A stretch of DNA of 64,000 bases from Stegostoma tigrinum (lineage: Eukaryota), in assembly GCF_030684315.1 (NCBI RefSeq), contig NC_081396.1:1674001-1738000 (forward strand), in the 5' to 3' direction. The notes under the pieces are model-generated. The model ran no database searches, was not told the DNA's origin, and worked only from the letters and a program-made list of their open reading frames with translations. Numbering within the stretch: the first letter of the stretch is position 1; each line of letters begins with the position of its first letter. Positions 1-10,911 of this stretch are shown here, one piece after another. A program made the position numbers and the translations under genes.

Positions 1-1099
1 TATTTTTTATTATCACAAAACCTTATTTGGTGAGTTCTGACTTCAAAAATTCATTCTAATTCTCCTGTAACATAATTCTTATTTTGTCACTCAGGCTTTT
101 AGTATTCCATACACTTTCTGGTGAAGTCTTCCAAGGAATATCCACACCTGTCCATTCATATTATTGCCTTTAATTACACCGTTCATTATCTTTTCACTAT
201 TGTAAAGTCATCAGCACGATTACCTGCTATCTTCGCATCAGTAAAGAATGGAACCCAAGCCTACTAACGTTTAGAATTTCTAAACTTTAGCATCATTCCC
301 AAGCATTGTTTTTCCTTTGTATTGTGTGCCCCTTTAGTTTCCTAAGAAGGAAGAGAACAGAAGTGCACTAAATAACCCAAGTGTGTTTAAATTCAGTTTG
401 GATACTTGAATAAAAAAGTACTAATTTTCACAAATTTGTAACTCCAGTGGCTTAAGCAAGAACCTAATTGAAGTTTCAATTGTGACCAAGGATGACAATC
501 ACCCAGAATAAAAAGAGGAGGAGAGACATGCTGCAGTTTCTCTGGTGTATCAGCGATATTTTTGTGTCTCAGAAAACTACAGGCAAGAAAAGTCTGATTG
601 CATTGGCTTAATTTTATCTGAAGTTTCTTCCTGCGGATCATGGAGCGTGATTATATGTATTTGACGGTCGGATGGTATTGATAACCATAATTCAGAGAAG
701 TGAAACATGAATTGTGCACTCTGTCGACTTATGAAAAGATAGTTAAAAAGAGGGAGTTTGTCCTGACAGGCAATCTGATCGCTCACTGAGTTTAGAATCA
801 ACTTGATATGTAAACGATAGGAGATACCGATTAATCTCCCCTTGGCCTTACAGATAACTTGATCTGGAAATGACCTCCAGCATCGGCAGTTCCTACTATC
901 TCTGAAAGAAAATAAGAACTTAACAGTTTAATGGCCTCCGCGGAGTAGTTTGAGTGAAAGAAATAATGTTTATCTTTGCGCTGGAGTCAAAGAGATGTAC
1001 AACATGAAAGTTGATACTCTGGTCCAACTCTTCTATGCCGAATATCTGTTCTAAATGAAACAACGACAGTTGCCAGCAATTGTTCCACATCCCTCTAAA

Positions 1100-1930
1100 T
1101 TCTTTCACTTTATATCCCCAATTTAGATGCTTTTATAGTATTGTAATTGTACCAAAATTCACCACATGCTCTGGTTGCTCTTTCAATTTAAGATCGAGCT
1201 TCTACATGAAAAAGTTACCGTTAATGTTCCTTCTAATATTTCCCCCTCACCTTAAATATGTGCCCTCTAATGTTGGACTCTGCTTTCCTGGGTTAAATAT
1301 CTTGAATATTCAAGCTATCTTTGCCCGTCTTGACTTTATAAACTCCTATCAGATCACCTCGAGTCTCCAAAGTTCCTGAGAAAATAATTTGAGCCTATAC
1401 AGACTCTGGCCATATCTCAAACCGTCCAAACCTGACAATTTTTTTCTGAATATTTTCTGAACGTTTTCAAGTTTCACAGTACATTTCCTATTGCAGGGAA
1501 ACCAGAATTGAAGTCAGTGCTCCAAAAGTGGACGAACACATGTCCTCTGCAGCCATAACATGATCTCCCAACTCCTTTTATCAATGTACTTTCGAATAAA
1601 GGCAGGCGTGCCAAATTCCTTCTTCATTAAGCTATCTACTTGCAACTGTACTTTCAGACAACTAGGAACTTCGAACCCAAAGTGTCTTTGGTCACCAAGA
1701 ACTTAACCATTATGTGTATACTCCTGCCTGATTTGTACGACCAATGTGTTGAGCCTAACATCTTTCTAGATTAATCTCCACCTGCCATGCCACAGTTTAT
1801 GTGCCCATCTGATCAAGGTTCCATTGGTCCCTGAGGTAATCCTCTTCGTTGCCTATTACACCACCAATTTTGTTGTCGTCTGCTAACTTTATTAACCATA
1901 CCTCCTGTTTTCAAGTCCATAATTTGAATG
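1100..1930 (-). mobile_element. Old, degenerate CR1-like LINE fragment (RT 3' half)
   Basis: Resembles the 25.2-26.2 kb CR1 in the same orientation (e.g. 'tgtcgtctgctaacttt' = KLADDN vs KFADDT). Many stops; boundaries approximate. Confidence 0.6.
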
Positions 1931-4924
1931 TTGTTATTCCAACTGTTCTCCCTGTTCGTGTTGCAATTCTGCAGCATATCGATGCTGAACACAAACGTCT
2001 CAATGGATAACTTATCTGATTGCAGATAAGAAAAACGTACGTCATTTCCTCCCTGGATTGAGTGAAATTCGCACTTTTTTTCGGGATCATAGGTGGGGTG
2101 GAGTATTTGGTCCGAAGGGCCTGTTTCCATGTTTCATGAAAGCTTGACGCAAAGTTGCCTCAGTGTCCAGAAGCCAAGATGAAGTTTGGATTCCTGACAC
2201 ACATGAACAACAATATTTTCAATGTTTCACATCAGTTAATGTCAAAAATCTGTCAACCAAGCAATTAAAAATAAGACAGGAAACCCAATCTCCAGCTTTG
2301 GAATGTTCAGAATCTATTTGGAAATCAAATATTGAACGATTAACTGTCTACATAAGTAGTGAAGACACCTTTCCCAGATTCAAGACGCTGGTCTTTGACT
2401 TTGATGTACACAGACTCATTATCCTTTGCTCTACTGACCCATCTCTGTTGAACACCAACATGGCTGGGAATTATAGTGTTAACAGGAGCTGGAGCAGAAT
2501 TGGGAACATACACAAAGTGAACAATCAGCAAAGACTTTCAATTCAATGCTGTCTACTGTAATAAGCATTGAATTTTCACGAACATAAGAAATACATTCGG
2601 TTTCAGAAGACTGCTTCATGACCACATCGTCCTCAGATCAAGTTTCCTTCGTTCTGTGCACTATTGATCCACCTTGTTATGACCCACTCCAGTGAATTTG
2701 GAGGTCCTTCCCTTGATGTATGTTCTCTTCTACTCAATCCTGGCTGATCTGATAATAATCAACATGCACATTCCTGTTTTTTATCATTACACTTGAGGGC
2801 CTTGCTAATTAAAATTCTATATATTGCATACATGTGTATGCTTTTATGATTCAGCCCCACAGTCCTCTGCAGCAAAGAATTCCACAGATTATTTACTCTC
2901 AGAAAGAAAAAAAAAGGCTGCCTATTCTTTATCTTAAATGGTAACTCTTGATCTGGGATTATGCCTTCTCATGTAAAACTGGCCCAGAATAGGCAACAAT
3001 ATTTATGCATTTAAACAGTTAAAGCCTGCAAACGACCCCACCCACCCACTCAAAAAATCTTGTGCGTTTCAAATGCGGTGTGGGGTTTCTGTAGTACTGC
3101 GTTGAGTCGTGGTTAGAAACACTTAATTACTCAGGAGCAGACGAATATGTGATTTGTTCTGGACCCACGTACAATGCTTTCATTTATGATATAACACCCT
3201 CTGTAAATCTGGCAAAACTTACACGTTTGCTGCTGTCACTGTGGGGAATTCCTAGTCATTTTAATTGTTTACACAAGAAAAATAAATAATCCTTAAAAAA
3301 GAACAGCTGATGTTGTAAATTCAGGAAAATAAAAACAGAACTTGCTGGAAAAGTTCAGCAGGTCTGGCATCATCTGTGAAGAAAAATCAGAGTTAACATT
3401 TCTGTCTGTTGACCCTTCCTTACAAATCTGGCGATCTTCCCTGACTGGGAATGTTTTTGAAGGGGATCTTCAAATACACGTGTGGCAAATGTTTTCTTGA
3501 AGACAGTATCTGTTTAAAATGCAATATTGAGATTATTAATTGATGTTCTCACTTTTTTTATTAACTGAGGATATAAAATATGATATGAGTTTTCCCGGTG
3601 ACTTGGGCTCTGCTCCTTCTGAGAACATTAGACTTCACTTTCCTTCCTGGTAGTTTTAAATCTTCTCACACCGTCTACGTGATGGGGTATGTGATAATGG
3701 ATATTATCACAGTACTGCACATTTTTCCATTGCCAAAGATTTGTGGGTTTTTTTCCCATTAGTGAACAGATTTCAAGAACAGAGTAAGGGAGATGCAAGT
3801 CTTGCGGAGGCTAAGCCTTTGAAACCAGAATAACTCCATACTTATGATCATCACTGGAACGCGCAATATTAGAGCACAATTTAAAGTCAGCAAGTCTTGC
3901 TGTCGTTGTTCCTGAAATACATCTGCTGAAATTACGTAATACACATTGCTAGTTTAAGTATGCAATGGGAAATTAAGTTAAATTTTGATGAGAAAATAAA
4001 TTTAAAACGTTTAATTTGAAAGAAGACCAATATTGAAGGTGATGTGGTTTTGATTTAAATAAGGAAAAATGTGATAATTTGTTTGACAATAAATTAATTG
4101 GCCATGAATAATACCTGTCAGCCCAACAGCAGTGCTACAGCTGTACACTAAAGAAACATGTTCCATCCATCAAAAATGTAGTGAGTATAACATGATAAAA
4201 GTGTACGTAATGTTGTGTAAGAAAGACTAAACAAGCAAAGTTGGTAATGATTGTAACGATTCAGTCATAATATTTGTTTGCTCTTTGACAGCTATTGCAA
4301 AGGCATTCTTCTTCTTGTTTACGCTGGAAATGAAGGTTTCTCCAGAGTTCTTGAATCGGCTAAAATGGAAATTAATGAGGGGCATAAAAGAATAACAAAG
4401 AAGGAAGAGTGATACAGAGTCAGTTGGAAATCGGAATGACACCCCTTCAGTGCAGTCAATGAAATCAAAGTGCAGTTAGAGTTAGATAATTAATATTTGA
4501 TCCTGGAGATAATTTTGCACCTGTTTGTGCATTGTTTCAAAAAGAGCGAAATTAGTTGCTGTGGTTACCACCCGCAGCACAAGACCATTCGAAAAGAATA
4601 TCCCAGTACATTCCATCGACATTTAATGTTTCAAACGATCAGTGAAATCTGGATAGTCTGTCTAGTTTTGGAACTTCATTCTGACTTGGTAGCAAGTGAG
4701 AAAATGGAATGGCTTGCTAGGCAACTTCAGAAAGTAGTTAAAAATCAACGAAATTACTGTGAGTCTGGAGTCACATGCCGTCCATCTCAGGTACTATTTC
4801 ATTTCCTGAATGACATTTGTGAGCCAGATGGATTTTTCCAACAGTTGACAATGATGTCAAGATAACAAAGTGTGAAGCTGGATGAACACAGCAGGCCAAG
4901 CAGCATCTCAGGAGCACAAAAGCT

Positions 4925-4952
4925 GACGTTTCGGGCCTAGACCCTTCATCAG
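4925..4952 (-). ncRNA. Minimal hammerhead ribozyme (minus-strand copy)
   Basis: Reverse complement reads CTGATGA-AGGGTCTAGGCCC-GAAA-CGTC. Confidence 0.7.
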
Positions 4953-4974
4953 AGAGGTCGCTGATCATCTCTCT

Positions 4975-5002
4975 CTGATGAAGGGTCTAGGCCCGAAACG
5001 TC
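4975..5002 (+). ncRNA. Minimal hammerhead ribozyme (Penelope-type)
   Basis: CTGATGA core, stem II GGG..CCC, GAAA, very short stem III, GTC cleavage triplet. Confidence 0.7.
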
Positions 5003-5584
5003 AGCTTTTGTGTTCCTGAGATGCTGTTTGGCTTGCTGTGTTCACCCAGCTCCACACTTAGTTATCTTGGATTCTCCAGCATCTGCAGTTCCCATTATCA
5101 CTGACAATGATGTCAGTTGGTTCCCACTTCCTTTTTTTAAAGTGAATCTAAACTCCACCATCTGCCGTGATATGGTTTGAACCCATACCCCAGAACATTA
5201 CGTCCAAGTCGTATTCCATCCTATAAAGAGGATGACCAGGGTGCAGAATTAAGAGTTTCTGCATTTGACATCAAGCCAATATTGAAGGTCATCAAAGGTA
5301 TCTTGTCAAATTGAAGTCAATGTGAATCATGGGGTAACCTTTCGTTGGATCCATGTCATGATAAACACAAAAGGAAACAATTATTTGAGATAATTAATCG
5401 AAACTCCAACAAAACACAAAATAGAATATTGGTTGTTACATGCTCAACATTCTTCAGTTTACCAGAAGTGTGGTCAACAGTTGTCAGTCTCACAGCACAG
5501 CAAGCCGATGCAAAGAAGTGAGGTTATTTCATTAAATAGATATCCTCAAATATCTGACTCTCCTGCTGGAGAGCCGCGGAATCA

Positions 5585-6000
5585 ATGCAACTTCTTTGGC
5601 GTCTGTGATGTGTGAGTGTCACTTGTGATTCATAATTGGAGATCAAACTTCTCACGTTTTCCCCTCATTTCTAAGTCATGGTTTTATGCTCAAAATCCGT
5701 TGCTCAATCAGCTCTTGTTTTTCTCTTTTATTCAGAATCCAGTTATAGAGATTCTGTCATTTGGCTACTGTCCTCCGATGGTGGAAGAGGCGGTTAAACC
5801 ATGACTTGTACTTGTACACACGAAACTCCATTCAGGAGCTAAGTAATACACTGGTACAGACTCTATTTGAATGTACACCACAAGTTTATTTCATCGGGGA
5901 GTTCCTGGTATTCTGAAAATAAAGCATACTTGTCAAGAAACAAAGTCAATTCTCTGTATTTGTCAAACTCAGAGAGATGAAAACCAGCTTGAACATTGTC
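5585..6000 (+). pseudogene. TCR alpha/delta V pseudogene, 3' truncated
   Basis: Leader relic ATG at 5585 (MQLLWRL*). Acceptor ttcag|5736, then SSYRDSVIWLLSS..G*TMTCTCTHETPFRS*VIHWYRLY..KFI..SENKAY (V FR1-Cys, WYR, CDR2). In-frame stops; no YYC or RSS. Confidence 0.7.
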
Positions 6001-7097
6001 TAAAAACGGAATTTGAATTGTAGTTGGAAGTTTCTGTCTATTTGGGGTTTGATTGAGAATCACGGGCTGATGCAGCAACAGTGTGCAAGCGCTGAATTCG
6101 ACGTCATTATGGATCTAAATGAACTTCGGATGAATCTGCCAGCCGACTCTTTACAGGAGAGATCAATTTGCCGAACTGTGAAACAGATAGAAACAGAACC
6201 GAATTAGGTTTGAAGGCAGCAGTTCTACACCGCACCCTTAATCACACTCTCTCCAGTGATTGGACAGTGATATTCAAGTTTTCAGTCTTTGTAAACATTT
6301 TAAAGTGGATTGACTGGGCCGGTCATGCCTCAGTTACAGACAAGGTTGGGAATAAATGTCTGCTCAGTTACTTAGCGACTCTGCAGACTCTTCTCACAAA
6401 ATTCGCTCTTCATCCCGATGTAACAATTAGGGGAGTGATATGAACCATGTCTCATCATCGAGCTCTATGGTCGGGCAATACCCAGTGAATGCAACTGTCC
6501 TGAGAGAGACCACCGTGTACCTCCCATTGCCAGTGGAATGAGCTCAGTCATCACATTCGCAATTTCTCTGCAGCAGATCAACATTAGATAATTTACTGCT
6601 GGGGAAATTTTAGACGGATATTTGACCATTCCTTTATTTATTAATTAATATCATTTCCAAAATTCCAAATAATCCCCAATATTTGTTTTAGTTGCTACAG
6701 GATTAGTTTAATGCAACTCTCTGCTTCTGTCGCCTCGTTGTTATATTGGCTTTGCTATTGCCGTTCATGTGTCTGTTTCTCTGCCAATATTTCAGTCATT
6801 TTGGTAATTCTGTCTCTCCCACATTTGCTATTCTTCTCCATTTTCCTTCCACATTTGTTTTGTTTCTCACTGTTAGTGTTAGCTTGGATCATTCTGAGAA
6901 TTAATCAAAATGTGGTTCCTAAAACTCCCCTGGGCGCGTAGGAGTGGGCAAAACTAATCTCTAGCGTACTACAAAGTTCATATAGGACTCCACAGCGAAA
7001 TGAAATGTGGATAAGTTCACCGCCTTCTTTCATGAAATGAACGATATCAACTTTTTGGAAAATGGCGAGCCAGAAAATCACATGGCTCAAATCTTAA

Positions 7098-7324
7098 CAC
7101 AGACAATGGGAACTGCAGAAGCTGGAGAATCCAAGATAATAAAATGTGAAGCTGGATGAACACAGCAGGCCAAGCAGCATCTCATCAGCACAAAAGCTGA
7201 CGTTTCAGGCCTAGACCCTTCATCAGAAGCCCTGATGAAGGGTCTAGGCCCGAAACGTCAGCTTTTGTGCTCCTGAGATGCTGCTTGGCCTGCTGTGTTC
7301 ATCCAGCTTCACACTTTATTATCT
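7098..7324. mobile_element. Penelope-derived palindromic insertion with ~15-bp TSD
   Basis: Same family as 4860-5101. TSD TGGCTCAAAT(C/T)TTAA at 7083-7097 and 7325-7339. Hammerhead motifs at 7199-7226 (-) and 7232-7259 (+). Confidence 0.85.
7232..7259 (+). ncRNA. Minimal hammerhead ribozyme
   Basis: CTGATGAAGGGTCTAGGCCCGAAACGTC, identical to 4975-5002. Confidence 0.7.
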
Positions 7325-9059
7325 TGGCTCAAATTTTAAATTGGCGCCACCAGGTTCTGCGACTGTGTGAGTAGAATATGAAAACTGTCCTCCGTGTTTG
7401 AGCACATTGATGAACTCTGGAAAGCTTTTACTCAAAAAAATGCAGTTGGTCTCCTTTAAATTGCCATGTACAACCAGTACATTTGGAGCATTACTCCAGC
7501 ACCAATGTGGAAAGAAATAACAAGTATTAAAAAAAACGCCTGGTAACAGGTTGATGCGCTGGAGTACAAGATAATTGAATGTCATGATTCTGTTCCCGCA
7601 CTACGGCCCACCAATGCCCCAAGATCCACCTAACTGGTTGAATATATACATTTGCTTATCACTGACTTGGACCATATCAATATTATGAATCGTGGCGCTG
7701 AAGAAGCTCCCATTTACTTCTCAGCAATTTCCATTTATATTCTGTTGTATCTTATTCCATTACCTTATTATATGTATTACTGAATCAGACCATGTCATTT
7801 TTGGCAGAAGTATGCATTGCCTCTGTTAATCCAACACTTTATCCTGCTTACATTTGTGTTATATATAAGGAACTGTCTCCTGTATTTGTCAATTGGTCCA
7901 TACTTCAGTTTTTATATTTCAAGACTACTTCATACATGTATGAGCAATAAGAAAACTGAAATACCATAGAAGCTGAAGATCAAAATTGAGAATGGAATGT
8001 GTGACAGAAACTCAGGATTTCGAATGGCTTTGGCGGGGAGAAAATAGGTCAAATAGACAAGTACTCCGACAGAGAGGCATACTACAAATTGTGGTATAAA
8101 GTGTGGGAATAGAAGTTCTTATATTACCAAAAGCCAACACTGGATGGAGACAATCTCTAATTGATGTGCTGTTATCTTATTCAAATTAGTGTTAACCACA
8201 TGTTATGAACATTCTATTAATCTCTCAAATAAGTACTAAAACTGAAACACAGAACTAAAAGGAAATTATGAGCCACGTGATTTTGAAATACTTTGTAGTT
8301 TTATGGTGAAGTTTTCAATTTTCCTTTGTCTTCAACGTTCTAAAACCCCTATATTCAGCATTTATGATATGGTATACTGCATACGTATACAAATATGGTC
8401 ACATACGTAACCCTGAGGAGAAAGCACATCAGTCTTGAAAAGAAAATAAATCATGTAGGAAAGTATTCAGCTGCAGCAGAGCAAAGAGTCAGTTAATATT
8501 TCAGATCCATGCTTTACAAAATAATTTATTTGCACACATTTATGTGGTATATGTTATATCTTTCTGCCATCGTATCCAATTTAATACTTCATAATTGTTG
8601 TGATGCTTCAATGCATGGAGGGCAGTCTTCACGAACGAGATGCCCAGACAAAACAATCACATCAGAGAAGTAAGGATTGGTTTTAACGACGTCACCCTGA
8701 GATCACTGTTGACTCGGGAACTGGCAATATTTCCTGCTTTTCTGCTTGACAAATAAACCACAAGGCGATTTCTGCTTCATTGCAGATTTCAGATGCACTC
8801 ACCTCAGATCAACATCTCATCCATGAAGGTGGAATGACCGTGAGTGCAACATTTTTTTTTCCCCACACAAGGAACTGGGGACTATTCACCCGGAATGAGA
8901 TGCATTTCATCTTTGGATAGAAACACATACCCAAGGCTTAATGAATCGACTGTGAGAATTAAAATACCATGCAATGAATCGCTGGACAGAAGAGAAACAA
9001 TGGATAAAGAAGTGGCAAACACATCTTAGAAGGAAAGACGCATATGTTTTATTGTTCTT

Positions 9060-10911
9060 TCACCTATGAAAGCAACCAATGATTGTGATAAAGGGATACA
9101 TCACTAGATATTTTAATTCCTCTCGGAACTTGGTCTGAGTCACTGCATAGATAAAAATATTAGTGCAGGAGCTGAGCAGCTGGAGCATGTTGGTAGTCTC
9201 TTGAAAAATGTATTGTGGGTCGTTGAAATCCAGGCCAGTAAAGTAGGCCTCACCCGTAATTTGCACATAGAAGAAATGCCCAACATAAGTGACCCACAGA
9301 AGGAGGAAGCTAAATGAGATGGCAAACAGCAAGACAATAGACTTCTTACGGTTCACCATCTCGGGATCTCCATGTTTCTGGTCACCCCGCAGCCTCTTAC
9401 GAGCTCTACTTGCCACTAAAATATGCCTTACTGTCAAGGCATTTAGCAACATAATGAAGAAAAATGGGAGAAAAGGTGTTAAGATGCGATCTAGCCACAG
9501 ATAGGTCTGCCAGAAGGGAGAGATATAGAAGGAGGCTATGATGTCGCAGAACCAGGGAACGTTTTCAATAATATACAAAGGCTGATAGGTGAAGAAGAAC
9601 GGCACATTCTTGAGAAAACTCAGGGCACAAACAACAACAATGATCTGCAAAGCTGTTTTCTCATTGCAGTATCTGGTCTTCAGTCTCTGGCAGCAAATAG
9701 CCACAAAACGGTCAATAGTGAAGGCTACAGTTAGCCAGACTGAGCCATCTCGAGTCGCATAAACCAGCACACTGCTGACTGTGCAACCAGGGGTCGTAGA
9801 TAAGACACTGTACCTGAAGTAGATGCCGCCTATCCGGTTGAGGATGACGGCAGTGATGATGACAAGGAAATCGGTCACTGCTATTGCCAAGAGGTAGTAG
9901 CTGATGCAAAGAGAAAGACCACAACGGCCTCTTGATAGGATTACAATTGCCACCGAATTGGCTGTAAGAGAGACAACAAGAGAAAATGTGTCCGTTAACA
10001 TCATCCTTGTTTCAAAATTAAGGCACATTGATAAAATGTTAAAAGAATAGGAATACACCACAATCCACCTGTGCTGCACGAAAAGCATTAAAATTTTTGC
10101 CATCATCGACAAAATAAAAAAGGGAAATTCGCCAAGAATTCATAGGCAACATGTTCAAAATCCAGGACAACTACCATTGAGAAAGACAAGAGGGGATGAT
10201 ATGTGGAAACAACGCCATTTTCAATTTCACCTCAAAGCCACTTACTCTCCCAGACGTGAAAATATATTTCTGTTTGTTTCAAAATCACTGATTCAAAATC
10301 GTGAATTCCCTTCCTAATCGCAATGTAGATTGACACACAGCACATGGACTTCAGTCGTTCAAGAAGGCAGCTCAATACCACCTTTTTAACGGAAACTATG
10401 TTTGGGCAATAAATGCTGGAACAGCCAGTGCTGAGTTTATCTAATGATCGAATAAAAGAAACAATGGGTTGGTTTTTGCGTTAAAGTTGGATCAAAGCAT
10501 TAAAATGCCCAGGTATAACTCGCAGAGTCACAACGTGAGATATGCAATCGACGCTGAGCTTTTCAGACACAGCCACATCCGGACATTAATTGATAGAGAG
10601 AATTGCAAAAGAAAAAAAATGAAACACATAATGGCATACCGCAAAAGTTTATATCTATAAATCCTACAAAAACTTTATTTAAGCTACAACATTGGTGGCT
10701 GGCTTTAAATTAACTTTGAAACTGCATTAAGATAATGCAAATGCAGATTAATGAAATAACTGATTATGTTCTGTGTTTCAAAGCTTCGAGTATGATCAAT
10801 CCAAGCTAAAGTATAGGAATCAATTTGGATAAATTACTTACCTGGGACACCAACAGCAGCGAGGACAGGATAGTAGATTGCATAGAAGGGGCCATTTGCT
10901 GGCCCATGCAT
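9060..10911 (-). CDS. Orphan class A GPCR, GPR139/GPR142-like, two exons (exon 1 10911-10842, exon 2 9961-9060), 323 aa
   Basis: Exon 1 MHGPANGPFYAIYYPVLAAVGVP ends CCAG|gtaagt. Exon 2 starts ttacag|CC (phase 1) ANSVAIVILSRGRCGLS. Seven hydrophobic segments; LAIAVTD (TM2), SVWLTVAFTIDRFVAIC (TM3), PWFC (ECL2), LLSSCTNIFIY..KFR (TM7/H8). 70+902 nt gives an uninterrupted frame. Confidence 0.9.
10140..10460 (+). mobile_element. L2-like LINE 3' fragment in the GPCR intron
   Basis: 'ttcaagaaggcagctca..gggcaataaatgctgg..cagccagtg..aataaaa' tail, also seen on SINE tails elsewhere in the window. Confidence 0.5.

Larger units (their letters stand above)
4860..5101. mobile_element. Penelope-derived palindromic insertion with 14-bp TSD
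   Basis: Inverted arms ~4858-4956 and ~4971-5069. Direct repeat TGACAATGATGTCA at 4846-4859 and 5102-5115. Inserted into an older SINE-like sequence. Confidence 0.85.

Noticed and set aside
2163-2561. 132-aa ORF
   Set aside because: Non-ATG start and no recognisable domain.
3083-3175. Possible J segment after GGTTTCTGT + 12 nt
   Set aside because: Poor heptamer (AGTCGTG) and no FGxG motif in any frame.
4860-5101. Reading the palindromes as miRNA hairpins, MITEs, terminators or CRISPR repeats
   Set aside because: Long variable TSDs, asymmetric tails and hammerhead cores fit retrotransposed Penelope-like termini; the DNA is vertebrate and has no repeat-spacer array.
6711-6941. Hydrophobic 76-aa ORF
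   Set aside because: Explained by T/C-rich low-complexity sequence.
9962-10112. N-terminal ~50 aa of the 350-aa ORF (MSMMAK...)
   Set aside because: Intron read-through; a proper exon 1 with TM1 and a consensus donor lies at 10842-10911.
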